Assembly (NCBI GenBank): GCA_944383015.1
Contig: CALWOC010000001.1
Coordinates: forward strand, 148,997 to 212,996
From: an uncultured Clostridia bacterium
GTDB lineage: Bacteria; Bacillota; Clostridia; TANB77; CAG-465
Direction of reading: 5' to 3'
Length of the DNA: 64,000 nt
Shown: positions 1-9,055 of the stretch, piece after piece
Numbering within the stretch: position 1 is the first letter of the stretch
How the letters are laid out: each line of letters opens with the position of its first letter
Made by a program: the position numbers and the translations under genes
Notes under the pieces: generated by a model
What the model was told of the DNA's origin: nothing
Databases searched by the model: none
Seen by the model: only the letters and a program-made list of their open reading frames with translations

Positions 1-477
1 AAGGAGTGTTTTAAACATAAATTTATGGCAGTTTTTTTAAATATGATTGACGTTGTAAAAATAGATAGAGATAAGCACAATGGAGTTGAACTTTTAGAAG
101 CAATAGACTATTTTAAAGATGGTAAAAACAAATTGTTTATGCTCTTTCCTCAAGGAACAATTTCAGATTTAAACAAAAACAAACTATCTAGAATAAAGTC
201 TGGTGCATTTTTTATATCAGCTAAAACAAATGTCCCAATTATACCTGTCTTTTTAGAACAACCTAGACTATTTAGAAAAACTAGAGTTGTTTATGGTAGC
301 CCTATGTATTTAAAAGATGCTGTTGTAGATGACAAAGTAGATAAAAAAATCCTTGAAAAATATAGACTGCAATGGCAACAAGAAGTTTTTAAGTTGCAAG
401 ATATGGCAACAAAATTTGAAAATAGACCTATTAGAAAATTAAAGTTAAAACCTAAACATCAAAATAATAACGAATAA
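1..477 (+). CDS. C-terminal part of a 1-acyl-sn-glycerol-3-phosphate (lysophospholipid) acyltransferase-like protein. The 5' end lies upstream of the window.
   Basis: The reading frame is open from nt 1. An FPQGT segment resembles the FPEGTRS acyltransferase motif. The N-terminal HX4D block is absent, so the gene is truncated by the window edge. A stem-loop terminator follows the stop. Confidence 0.45.
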   Translation, partial: KECFKHKFMAVFLNMIDVVKIDRDKHNGVELLEAIDYFKDGKNKLFMLFPQGTISDLNKNKLSRIKSGAFFISAKTNVPIIPVFLEQPRLFRKTRVVYGSPMYLKDAVVDDKVDKKILEKYRLQWQQEVFKLQDMATKFENRPIRKLKLKPKHQNNNE

Positions 478-480
478 CTC

Positions 481-512
481 AAGTCTTGAAATAAAATTCA
501 AGACTTTTTTAT
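481..512 (+). terminator. rho-independent terminator
   Basis: The arms AAGTCTTGAA and TTCAAGACTT are perfect complements and are followed by a T6 run. Confidence 0.7.
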
Positions 513-584
513 GCCTTTTTTTTATGTATAAAAAAATGTACATTCTCATATACTCAATTAGAACTTGTACAAAGGAGTGATTAT

Positions 585-3239
585 ATGTGGCATACACAAA
601 CAGTCGATGAAGTAAAAAAGACTTTAAACACAAATATTTATACTGGTCTACCAGAAAAAGAAATATTAAAAAGAAGAAAAAAGTATGGACTTAATAAACT
701 TGCTGAAAAAAAGAAAGAATCATTAATTACAAAATTTATAGCTCAATTTAAAGATTTTATGATAATAATATTGCTACTTGCAGCACTAATATCTGCACTT
801 ATGTCTTATATTGACAAAACAAATGACTATGCCGATTCTATCATAATAGTGTCTATAGTAGTAATAAATGCAGTTATAGGGGTGATTCAAGAAGCAAAAG
901 CAGAAAAATCTTTAGAAGCATTAAAAAAACTATCCTCACCTACTTCAAGTGTCATACGAAACTCTAAGAATATAACTATAAATAGTACTGATCTTGTTCC
1001 TGGAGACATAATTGAACTTGAAGCTGGAAATTTTGTTCCTGCAGATTGTAGATTAGTAGATTCTTTTAATTTAAAAGTTGAAGAATCTGCTCTAACTGGA
1101 GAAACTATACCAGTTTTAAAAGAAGCAACTTCCACTCTTCCATCCAAAGTCTCACTTGGCGATATGACTAATATGATATTTTCAAGCACTATTGTAACAA
1201 ATGGTCATGCAAAAGCTATAGTAACCGATACAGGTATGAATACAAAAGTAGGAAAAATTGCAAAAATGATAATAGATGATACCTCTCCACAAACACCACT
1301 TCAAAAAAAGTTATCAAATATAGGAAAAAGTCTTGGTATGATATGTCTTGCTATATGTCTTGCTATATTTATAATTGGACTAATAAAAGGAATATCACTA
1401 AAAGAAATGTTTATGACTTCTGTAGGTCTTGCCGTTGCAGCAATTCCAGAAGGCCTTCCAGCTGTTGTTACTATAATGCTTTCAATTGGAGTAACTAAAA
1501 TGGCAAAAAACAACGCAATTATTAGAAAACTTCCAGCAGTTGAAACTCTTGGTAGCAGCTCAATTATATGTTCAGATAAAACAGGGACACTTACACAAAA
1601 CAAAATGCATGTAGTAAAAATATATAATTATAAAGAAGATATAACTAACAATACTAATTCTTTAGACTTTAAATTTATTTTAGAACTTGGAGCTATGTGT
1701 AATGACTGTAAAATAAATAATAACTCTTCAACAGGTGAACCTACAGAGAGTGCAATTGTAAATATTGCACTAAAATATGGAATAAATAAAAATTCTCTTT
1801 ATAATAAAATGAAAAGAGTTAATGAAGTACCTTTTGATTCAGATAGAAAAATGATGACAACAATTCATAAAATTGGTGATAAATATAGAATTATTACAAA
1901 AGGTGCACCAGATATAATACTACAAAGATGCAGTTATATATATAATTATGGTTCTTTAAAACAACTAGATTACAATACAGAACAAAATATTCAAAAAGCA
2001 AATGAAGAAATGGCAAACAAAGCCTTAAGAGTTCTTGCAATTGCATATAAAGATGTAACTAATCTTCCATACAATATAAACTCAGAAAATATCGAAAAAG
2101 ATTTGGTGTTCACTGGATTATTTGGTATGATTGATCCACCAAGAGATGGTGTTAGAGAATCAATTTTAAATGCCAAAAAAGCTGGAATAAAAACTGTAAT
2201 GATAACAGGGGATCATATTCTAACGGCAAAAGCAATTGCAAAAGATCTTGGAATATATAAAGATGGAGATATTGCTATAACTGGAAATGAGCTTGATCAA
2301 ATTCCAAGCAGAAAATTTGAATCAGAAATAATGAAATATTCCGTGTTTGCAAGAGTATCTCCAGAACACAAAGTAAAAATAGTAAAAGCTTTTCAAAAAG
2401 CGGGAAATGTAGTTGCAATGACTGGTGATGGAGTAAATGATGCTCCCGCTCTAAAAAATGCAGATATAGGAGTTGCAATGGGAAAAAATGGTACAGATGT
2501 TGCAAAAAATGCATCAGATATGATACTGACTGATGATAATTTTGTAACTATAGTAAAAGCAGTAAAAGAAGGCAGACATATATACGACAACATTACTAAA
2601 GCAGTACACTTTCTAATATCTACAAACATAGGTGAAATAGTTACAATATTTTTAGGACTTATACTCGGTCTTGATACACCACTTCTTGCAATTCATTTGC
2701 TTTGGATTAATTTAGTAACTGATTCTTTTCCTGCTATCGGTCTTGGACTTGAACCTGCAGATAAATATATAATGAATAAAAAACCTAAAAATCCCAAAAA
2801 AGGAATATTTTCAGATGGTCTATGGTATAAAATATTTTTTGAAGGTTGTATGATAGGCATACTTACTCTATTTGCTTTTTTTATAGGAATAAAAAACTAC
2901 GATTTAACAGTAGCAAGAACAATGGCTTTTATAACTTTAGGACTAACAGAATTAGTACATAGTTTAAATATAAGAAGTAATGATTCAATATTTAATAATA
3001 ATTTCTTTAATAATAAATTCTTACTTGTATCCTTCATTTTTGGAGCAATAATACAAATATCAGTAACTCTTATTCCAAGTATTGCAAAAATGTTTGAAGT
3101 TACTTCTTTAAATATTTCTCAATGGATTTATACTATACTTATTTCAATTTCTCCAATTTTTATTATGGAGTTAAAAAAGAAATTACATGAAATACGTCAT
3201 GGAAAAATAATATATAGCTTTTCAACAAAAAAAGCATAA
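585..3239 (+). CDS. P-type cation-transporting ATPase, Ca2+-ATPase-like (E1-E2 family)
   Basis: 884 aa. The phosphorylation motif CSDKTGTLT, the hinge motif TGDGVNDAPAL and the TGD/ITGD segments are present, and there are 10 predicted TM helices. An AAAGGAG RBS lies 8 nt upstream of the ATG. Confidence 0.85.
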   Translation: MWHTQTVDEVKKTLNTNIYTGLPEKEILKRRKKYGLNKLAEKKKESLITKFIAQFKDFMIIILLLAALISALMSYIDKTNDYADSIIIVSIVVINAVIGVIQEAKAEKSLEALKKLSSPTSSVIRNSKNITINSTDLVPGDIIELEAGNFVPADCRLVDSFNLKVEESALTGETIPVLKEATSTLPSKVSLGDMTNMIFSSTIVTNGHAKAIVTDTGMNTKVGKIAKMIIDDTSPQTPLQKKLSNIGKSLGMICLAICLAIFIIGLIKGISLKEMFMTSVGLAVAAIPEGLPAVVTIMLSIGVTKMAKNNAIIRKLPAVETLGSSSIICSDKTGTLTQNKMHVVKIYNYKEDITNNTNSLDFKFILELGAMCNDCKINNNSSTGEPTESAIVNIALKYGINKNSLYNKMKRVNEVPFDSDRKMMTTIHKIGDKYRIITKGAPDIILQRCSYIYNYGSLKQLDYNTEQNIQKANEEMANKALRVLAIAYKDVTNLPYNINSENIEKDLVFTGLFGMIDPPRDGVRESILNAKKAGIKTVMITGDHILTAKAIAKDLGIYKDGDIAITGNELDQIPSRKFESEIMKYSVFARVSPEHKVKIVKAFQKAGNVVAMTGDGVNDAPALKNADIGVAMGKNGTDVAKNASDMILTDDNFVTIVKAVKEGRHIYDNITKAVHFLISTNIGEIVTIFLGLILGLDTPLLAIHLLWINLVTDSFPAIGLGLEPADKYIMNKKPKNPKKGIFSDGLWYKIFFEGCMIGILTLFAFFIGIKNYDLTVARTMAFITLGLTELVHSLNIRSNDSIFNNNFFNNKFLLVSFIFGAIIQISVTLIPSIAKMFEVTSLNISQWIYTILISISPIFIMELKKKLHEIRHGKIIYSFSTKKA

Positions 3240-3240
3240 A

Positions 3241-3272
3241 ATTAAACACCTTATGAAAATAAGGTGTTTAAT
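3241..3272. terminator. bidirectional stem-loop terminator between convergent genes
   Basis: The arms AAACACCTTAT and ATAAGGTGTTT are perfect complements around a GAAA loop. T-rich flanks are present on both strands. It overlaps the Nudix gene stop codon. Confidence 0.6.
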
Positions 3273-3750
3273 TATCTCTTACTACTTTTTTTCCAAATTC
3301 ATTACTTTTAACTATCTCCTTAAGCTCTGCTGGTAATATATATACATTATCTAATTTATCTATATCCACAAATTCATACCAGTCTCCATCAGAATCAAAA
3401 TTCATAAGCCTATTATTTCTATTCTTTACTATTTCATCTTCATCATTTAATATTAATTTATATACGAAATATATCTCATGATATTTTATATTATTCATAG
3501 TAAAAAAATTTTCTATTATATGATGAAAAGTAATTTCTCTATCACTAAAATCTATATTCATCTCTTCTTTTAACTCACGTAAAAGTGCAGATTTTGTATC
3601 TTCTAGAGTCATTACTCTTCCACCTGGTATTACACTATGTTTAAATTTAGGACTTTTTTCAATAATTATAGAATTTTTATACTGCATAATACAACCTACT
3701 CTAAAAGTAAATTTAATATTATCAATCATTATAGATATATCTTTACTCAT
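3268..3750 (-). CDS. Nudix hydrolase
   Basis: The Nudix box GGRVMTLEDTKSALLRELKEEMNI matches the consensus GX5EX7REUXEEXGU. An AAGGAGAG RBS is present. Confidence 0.8.
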   Translation of the reverse strand: MSKDISIMIDNIKFTFRVGCIMQYKNSIIIEKSPKFKHSVIPGGRVMTLEDTKSALLRELKEEMNIDFSDREITFHHIIENFFTMNNIKYHEIYFVYKLILNDEDEIVKNRNNRLMNFDSDGDWYEFVDIDKLDNVYILPAELKEIVKSNEFGKKVVRDN

Positions 3751-3898
3751 CTTTTCTCTCCTTTTTTACATATTATAATTATATCAAAAATTAACCATAA
3801 TACAATAACTATAAAAAACAAAATAACTATTTTTTATATCTATTACACAAATATATGATATAATTATTATATAAATATATATTTTGGAGGTGATAAAT

Positions 3899-4900
3899 AT
3901 GAGTAAAATATTTATCGTAACTGGTGCAAATGGATTTTTGGGAAATAACATTATAAGACAACTACCAAAAGATAGTCAAATAAGAGCTCTTGTTCTTCCT
4001 AACGATACACTTCATTCACTTGAAGGTTTAAATTGCAAAATATATAAAGGAGATGTAACCAAAATAGATACTCTTAATGAAATCTTTGACGTAGAAGAAA
4101 ATAGTGAACTATACATTATACACTGTGCTGCAATTGTTTATATAAAAACAAAATATGATCCTCTAGTTTATAATGTAAATGTTAATGGAACTAAAAATAT
4201 AATTGATATTGCACTTAAAAAAAATGCAAAACTTATATATGTTAATACAGTTCACTCAATTCCTGAAAAAGGAAATAACGAAATAATGACAGAAATTTTA
4301 GACTTCGATCCGAAAAAAGTTGTTGGAGAATATGCAAAAACAAAAGCTGAAGCTGCTAGATACTTATTAAAAATGGTAAAGGAAAAAAACTTAAATGCTT
4401 GTATTATTCAACCATCTGGTATAATTGGTCCATATGATTTTGGCAGCAGTCATCTAACTCAACTTATACTAGACTGTGCAAATCATAAGCTACGAGCAGG
4501 TGTAAATGGCGGATACGATTTTGTTGATGTAAGAGATGTAGCACAAGGTATCATTAATGCATGTACATATGGTAAAAAAGGTCAATGCTATATATTATCT
4601 AATAGATATGTAAAGGTATCTGAACTACTAAATTATATTTGTGAAGCTTTAGGCGATAAGAAAATAAAAACTATATTGCCAATGTGGATTGCAAAATTTA
4701 CTGCTCCACTATCAGAATTATATTACAAAATATTAAAGCAACCACCACTTTACACAAAGTATTCTTTATATACATTAACATCTAACTCTAAATTTTCAAA
4801 TAAAAAAGCTAAAAAAGAGTTAAATTTTAAAAATAGGGATATAAAAGATACAGTCTATGATACAGTTATGTGGTTAAAAGAACAAAATAGAATAAAATAA
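3899..4900 (+). CDS. NAD(P)-dependent epimerase/dehydratase family protein (extended SDR)
   Basis: An N-terminal Rossmann motif TGANGFLG (GxxGxxG) is present. The length and layout fit extended SDRs. A GGAGG RBS precedes the ATG at 3899, so the upstream in-frame ATG at 3884 is unlikely to be the start. Confidence 0.7.
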   Translation: MSKIFIVTGANGFLGNNIIRQLPKDSQIRALVLPNDTLHSLEGLNCKIYKGDVTKIDTLNEIFDVEENSELYIIHCAAIVYIKTKYDPLVYNVNVNGTKNIIDIALKKNAKLIYVNTVHSIPEKGNNEIMTEILDFDPKKVVGEYAKTKAEAARYLLKMVKEKNLNACIIQPSGIIGPYDFGSSHLTQLILDCANHKLRAGVNGGYDFVDVRDVAQGIINACTYGKKGQCYILSNRYVKVSELLNYICEALGDKKIKTILPMWIAKFTAPLSELYYKILKQPPLYTKYSLYTLTSNSKFSNKKAKKELNFKNRDIKDTVYDTVMWLKEQNRIK

Positions 4901-4921
4901 TTTAATTAGGAGGAATAAACT

Positions 4922-5230
4922 ATGAAAGATTTAACCATACGTAATCTTCAAGATTCTATAGCAAAAATAAATCATAAAAACAATTCTGTAGACAAATATT
5001 TTTATAAACTAGCAGAAGAAGTTGGAGAACTTGCTAAAGTAATAAGAAAAGATAAAAGACTAAAAGATAGTAACACAATAAAAGATACTATTGAAGAAGA
5101 ACTATATGATGTTTTATACTATGTTGTATGCCTTGCAAACATATACGACATAGATTTAGAAAAATGTGCTATTTTAAAAGAAGAACTTAATTCAAAAAAA
5201 TATGATAGAAAAAGTATTTTTGAAAATTAA
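4922..5230 (+). CDS. MazG-like nucleotide pyrophosphohydrolase domain protein
   Basis: The 102-aa all-alpha protein has EEVGEL and EELYDVLYY segments typical of the MazG/NTP-PPase EExxE metal-binding helices. An AGGAGG RBS is present. Confidence 0.6.
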   Translation: MKDLTIRNLQDSIAKINHKNNSVDKYFYKLAEEVGELAKVIRKDKRLKDSNTIKDTIEEELYDVLYYVVCLANIYDIDLEKCAILKEELNSKKYDRKSIFEN

Positions 5231-5234
5231 CCCA

Positions 5235-5268
5235 AAAAGCAATATTTATAAAAATATTGCTTTTTTAT
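5235..5268. terminator. bidirectional terminator
   Basis: The arms AAAAGCAATATTT and AAATATTGCTTTT are perfect 13-bp complements, followed by a T run. The hairpin lies between the convergent MazG-like and cupin genes. Confidence 0.7.
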
Positions 5269-5270
5269 TA

Positions 5271-5756
5271 TTAGTGTTCTTTATCTGATTTTGTTTTTTG
5301 CACTGTCCCTTTTGGATGATGAGGTGGTGCATAAATCGAATATAATTTTAAAGGCTCTTTTCCTATATTAATGATATTATGCCATTTACCAGCAGGAATC
5401 ATAACAGCAAAATCTTCTCCTACTCTCTTTTCAAAAATAAGATTTTCTTTACTATCTCCCATTTGAACAAGCCCCATTCCTTCTTCTACTCTAATAAATT
5501 GATCTGTATCAGGATGTTGTTCTAATCCTACACTATCCCCTACATCAATGCTCATTAATGTAACTTGTAAATGTTCTCCTGTCCAAAGTGTAGTACGAAA
5601 ATTATCATTTTGATCGGTCGCTTCACTTATATTTATTACAAAAGGCTCTGGACCAAAATCTTTTATGTATAAGATATTTGCTCTATTTTTATTCATATAC
5701 ATATTATTACAATATGCTCTATTATAATAATAGTTTCTATAATTATTATTTCGCAT
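5271..5756 (-). CDS. cupin domain protein with a Tyr/Asn-rich N-terminal tail
   Basis: Cupin motifs G(X)5HXH and a GEHLQV ... HPDTDQF ... MIPAGKWH conserved-barrel pattern are present. The start was moved to the second ATG because it is preceded by AAGGAG. The N-terminus (NNNYRNYYYNRAY) is low complexity. Confidence 0.55.
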   Translation of the reverse strand: MRNNNYRNYYYNRAYCNNMYMNKNRANILYIKDFGPEPFVINISEATDQNDNFRTTLWTGEHLQVTLMSIDVGDSVGLEQHPDTDQFIRVEEGMGLVQMGDSKENLIFEKRVGEDFAVMIPAGKWHNIINIGKEPLKLYSIYAPPHHPKGTVQKTKSDKEH

Positions 5757-5887
5757 AAATTTTACTCCTTTCATATTATACTATATGAATTTTCATTAAA
5801 TATGTTATTAAGCAATACCTTATTACTATAGTATTTTTTAAAAAATTATATTATAATTAAACTGTATTTTAGGAGAACATAAATAAT

Positions 5888-6236
5888 ATGGAACATAAAA
5901 TGAAATTATACAAAGAAAACTTTGAAGATTTAAAACTAGGAATAAAAAAAAGAGAATATAGATTAAATGATGAAAAAAGAAAACAAATAAAAATTGGAGA
6001 TAAAATAAAATTTTTAAAATTACCAAACTTAGATGAAGAAATTACAGTTAAAGTAACAAAAATAGAAAACTTTAAAAATTGGTATGACTGTTATAAAAAA
6101 TACTTTAATGAAGACTTTAAAAAAAATATAAAAATGTTGATGAAGTTGTAAAAGATACATATAATGGTAGGTATTATACTAAAGAAGAAACTAAGAAAAA
6201 TGGATGTGTTGTATTTACAATTCAAAAGATTTAAAA
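5888..6236 (+). pseudogene. ASCH-domain protein gene interrupted by a frameshift in an A-run
   Basis: The N-terminal 87 aa (ELRLNDEKRKQIKIGDKIKF) are paralogous to the intact ASCH protein at 24950-25294. The C-terminal homologous part (NGCVVFTIQKI versus YGVIGIRIELKK) continues in the +1 frame after the A8/A5 runs at 6120-6135. Restoring one A would give a protein of about 115 aa. Confidence 0.55.
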
Positions 6237-6323
6237 TAGACTGGTACAAGCGTAAAAAAATACCAGTCTAGTGTCTCTTTTTCTTAGAGGCTCTAAGCTG
6301 GTAAAAAAGGTCAAAAAAATAGT

Positions 6324-6397
6324 TGGAGCGGGTGATGAGAATCGGACTCACGTATTCAGCTTGGAAGGCTGACGTTCTACCATTGAACTACACCCGC
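6324..6397 (-). tRNA. tRNA-Gly (anticodon UCC)
   Basis: Minus-strand read GCGGGTGTAGTTCAATGGTAGAACGTCAGCCTTCCAAGCTGAATACGTGAGTCCGATTCTCATCACCCGCTCCA forms a cloverleaf with anticodon loop CTTCCAA and an encoded CCA end. Confidence 0.9.
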
Positions 6398-6415
6398 ATT
6401 CAACTTACATTAATT

Positions 6416-6444
6416 ATTATAATAGCATACAATCATTTTGTCAA
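6416..6444 (-). promoter_or_regulatory. sigma-A type promoter for tRNA-Gly
   Basis: On the minus strand the sequence reads TTGACA, a 17-nt spacer, then TATAAT. The -10 element ends about 18 nt before the tRNA 5' end. Confidence 0.6.
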
Positions 6445-6599
6445 GAGTTTTTTAAAATTTTTTTACTTTTTTTTCTTTACTATAATACTATATTATGTGT
6501 TAATATTTATATTATACATAATAACATTATTTTTTATTACATAATTAATTTATATTTTAATTTATAGTAAAATATAATATAATAAATATGGTGATTATT

Positions 6600-7085
6600 A
6601 TGAAACGAGATATACTAATTTTTCCAAAATTTAAAAATATACATTTAATACAAGATATTCGAAAAGATTATGATAAATTAGCAAATTTAATTCCTCCACA
6701 TATAACTATTGTTTTCCCTTTTACAGACTCAATGACAAATGATGTTTTAATAGAAAAAATAAAAAAATGTGTAAAAAATATTAAGTCATTTAAAATAAAA
6801 TTTAAAGGAATATCACTTAATAATGAAAAACTTATATTTTTAAATTGTATTTATGGAAATGATGAAATTATTAATTTGCATAATAAAATATATAATGAAG
6901 TATTATCTTCTCATTTAAATAAATCTATTAAATATACTCCACATATAACTTTGGGAAAAGTAAATAATATTGATTTTTTAAGAGATTTTAAATATGAATT
7001 TGAAGATATTGTCGATCAAATAGTAATTGAAGAAATCGGTCCAAATGAAGAATCAATTATAATAGATAAAATTAACCTGAACTAG
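6600..7085 (+). CDS. 2H phosphoesterase superfamily protein (LigT / 2'-5' RNA ligase-like)
   Basis: Two HxT/SxV-type motifs are present (PHITIVFP and PHITLGKV). The size is about 160 aa. The start was set at the ATG at 6600, which has a weak GGTGA RBS. Confidence 0.65.
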   Translation: MKRDILIFPKFKNIHLIQDIRKDYDKLANLIPPHITIVFPFTDSMTNDVLIEKIKKCVKNIKSFKIKFKGISLNNEKLIFLNCIYGNDEIINLHNKIYNEVLSSHLNKSIKYTPHITLGKVNNIDFLRDFKYEFEDIVDQIVIEEIGPNEESIIIDKINLN

Positions 7086-7114
7086 GATATTAGCTTCCTA
7101 GTTCAGGTTTTTTC
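7076..7114 (+). terminator. rho-independent terminator
   Basis: A 12-bp perfect stem (CCTGAACTAGGA / TCCTAGTTCAGG) is followed by a T6 run. It overlaps the 3' end of the convergent YitT-family gene. Confidence 0.7.
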
Positions 7115-7950
7115 TTAATGTGTTCTCCTATTATCTCAGAAACATCACTTACTGTAACAAAAGCATGTACATCATCTACATTTACAATATTTCTTAACTC
7201 AGTAAGTTCAAGTCTTGTAATAACACAATATAAAATCATTGTCTCACCATTAATCATTCCTTTTCCTTCAAAAGCAGTTACAGTTCTTCCTAGCTTTTGA
7301 TATATATCATTTGCAACTCTTGCACTTTGATTAGTTATAATAATAACAGCTTTTCCTTGCTCTAATCCTTCTGATACAAAGTCAATAACTTTAAAAGTTA
7401 TAAAATATGTAAGAAGAGAATACAAAGCTCTATCAAATCCAAATAAGAATCCAGCAGTTCCGTATATAAATACATTGCATAAAAGAACTATCTGGCCCAC
7501 TGAAAAAGTTGATTTTTTACTTAATATAATAGCTGCAATCTCTGTTCCGTCTAAACATCCTCCATACCTAATTACAAGTCCTACACCAAGACCAAGTATA
7601 AGTCCACCATATATAGTCGCAAGTAGTTTATCATGAATTCCTACATCTACCATTTCAGTAAAATATAGCATTACTGAAAATGAAACCATTGCAAAAAGTG
7701 CTTTAAATACAAACTCTTTTCCAAGTGTTTTATATCCTAATATTAAAAATGGTATATTAAGTATAATTATAAATATACTTGTAGATATCTCTGTTACTTG
7801 TGATAACATAATAGAAATACCATTTATCCCACCATCAAGAATTAAATTCGGTATTAAAATTGAACCAATAGAAAATGCTGCTAAAGCACATCCTACTAGT
7901 ATTAATAAAACAGATATTATATTATTTAAAATTCCTTTTTTCTTTACCAT
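7090..7950 (-). CDS. YitT-family membrane protein (DUF161 + DUF2179 architecture)
   Basis: A polytopic N-terminal region with two GG-rich repeated membrane segments is followed by a soluble C-terminal domain. It is paralogous to the protein at 48745-49614. Confidence 0.65.
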   Translation of the reverse strand: MVKKKGILNNIISVLLILVGCALAAFSIGSILIPNLILDGGINGISIMLSQVTEISTSIFIIILNIPFLILGYKTLGKEFVFKALFAMVSFSVMLYFTEMVDVGIHDKLLATIYGGLILGLGVGLVIRYGGCLDGTEIAAIILSKKSTFSVGQIVLLCNVFIYGTAGFLFGFDRALYSLLTYFITFKVIDFVSEGLEQGKAVIIITNQSARVANDIYQKLGRTVTAFEGKGMINGETMILYCVITRLELTELRNIVNVDDVHAFVTVSDVSEIIGEHIKKKPELGS

Positions 7951-7966
7951 TTCATCCTCCCTCTTA

Positions 7967-8821
7967 TTATATTATACCATAAATCATTGAGATATCTGTA
8001 GGTATAATATATTTTGCTCCTATTTTTTCTGCTACTACTAAAACAAAAGCACACATTGCTCTTGTTGCATTCCACCAAGCTGGTTCATCTACTCTTTTTC
8101 TAATTTCGTCAAGCGAAATTTGAGTATAATATTTTCTTGTATCTTCTATTCTTGTTTTTATATCCATCATTATATTCTCATTAGGATCGTCAAATAAAGT
8201 ATTCTTTTTATATCTTATTCCAGATTCTCTTGCAAAAAACTCATGTCCTCCACCTGCCAAAATCATTATGTCAGTTTTTACATTAGGAATTTCTATTCTT
8301 TCTCTTATATAATCCATTACAGTATCTAATGACGTAGTAGCAATATCATTAGATAAATCAGGAAAAACATTTAATATATCCATAACTCCAAATTTATTAT
8401 TTTTCATATCTTTAATACCAAAATTAAAATATGAAATTTCTGTAGATCCTCCTCCACCAACAAACACTAATGCTTCTTTAACATGTTTTGTTGCACCTTT
8501 TACAGTATATATATTTTCATCCTCTTGTGAAATTATATTAAACTTTCTTCCTGTTTCATTTTTAAATTTACTTAAAAATTCTTCTTTTTCTTTTCCATCT
8601 ATTTGTCTAAATATACTAGTACCACATACAAATACATCTTCTTCATCTATTGAATTTACAAGATTAATTAACTTTTCTACATCACTGTTACCTAACTTAT
8701 TGTCCTTTTTATAATTTCTTTTAAATTCTATAGGCACTGTTTTTACATGTTTGATATTTTTACCATCATAACTGTCTATTTTAGTACAAGTAGATCCTAC
8801 TTCCACAACAATCTTCTTCAC
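7967..8821 (-). CDS. Ppx/GppA-like phosphatase (ASKHA fold) protein
   Basis: The N-terminal VEVGSTCTKI and the FVGGGGSTEI segment resemble the Ppx/GppA IDIGSNS and DIGGGSTE phosphate-binding motifs. A GTG start is preceded by AGGAGG. Confidence 0.4.
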   Translation of the reverse strand: MKKIVVEVGSTCTKIDSYDGKNIKHVKTVPIEFKRNYKKDNKLGNSDVEKLINLVNSIDEEDVFVCGTSIFRQIDGKEKEEFLSKFKNETGRKFNIISQEDENIYTVKGATKHVKEALVFVGGGGSTEISYFNFGIKDMKNNKFGVMDILNVFPDLSNDIATTSLDTVMDYIRERIEIPNVKTDIMILAGGGHEFFARESGIRYKKNTLFDDPNENIMMDIKTRIEDTRKYYTQISLDEIRKRVDEPAWWNATRAMCAFVLVVAEKIGAKYIIPTDISMIYGII

Positions 8822-8840
8822 TTTTTCCTCCTAATTATAT

Positions 8841-8870
8841 AAAAAAGTACGTAATATTAAGTTACGTACT
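8841..8870 (-). terminator. terminator downstream of tRNA-Leu
   Basis: The arms AGTACGTAA and TTACGTACT form a stem, and a T6 run follows on the minus strand. Confidence 0.6.
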
Positions 8871-8893
8871 AAATTTCAGGCTAGATATTTTTA

Positions 8894-8979
8894 TGGTACC
8901 GATGGTGGGGCTCGAACCCACACGTCACAAGGACAATGGTGTTTGAGACCATCCTGTCTGCCAATTCCAGCACATCGGC
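8894..8979 (-). tRNA. tRNA-Leu (anticodon CAA)
   Basis: This 86-nt class II tRNA has a long variable arm, anticodon loop CTCAAAC and an encoded CCA end. Confidence 0.9.
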
Positions 8980-8980
8980 A

Positions 8981-9018
8981 AAATAAAAATGAAGCAAACA
9001 TTTTTCTGTCTGCTTCAT
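8981..9018 (-). terminator. terminator of the TPR gene
   Basis: A 12-bp stem (ATGAAGCAAACA / TGTCTGCTTCAT, one mismatch) is followed by T-rich sequence on the minus strand. Confidence 0.55.
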
Positions 9019-9055
9019 TATTATACTATATTTAATTTTATAATGCAACATTATA

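Noticed and set aside
887-2629. Several 60-100 aa minus-strand ORFs inside the P-type ATPase gene, and the many similar antisense ORFs inside alaS, pheT, the dockerin protein and others listed in the track
   Set aside because: They are embedded antisense in long, motif-supported genes. They have no RBS and no conserved motifs, and their composition is skewed (Ser/Phe/Ile-rich), as is typical of shadow ORFs in AT-rich DNA.
6237-6323. Two adjacent hairpins (GACTGGTA...TACCAGTC and the palindrome CTTAGAGgCTCTAAG) between the ASCH pseudogene and tRNA-Gly
   Set aside because: They are probably the two terminators of the convergent transcripts. The U-tracts are weak, so they are not listed as confident features.
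6323-6544. 73-aa plus-strand ORF (MERVMRIGLTYSAWKADVL...)
   Set aside because: It overlaps tRNA-Gly on the opposite strand and continues into low-complexity AT-rich spacer. The tRNA call explains the sequence.
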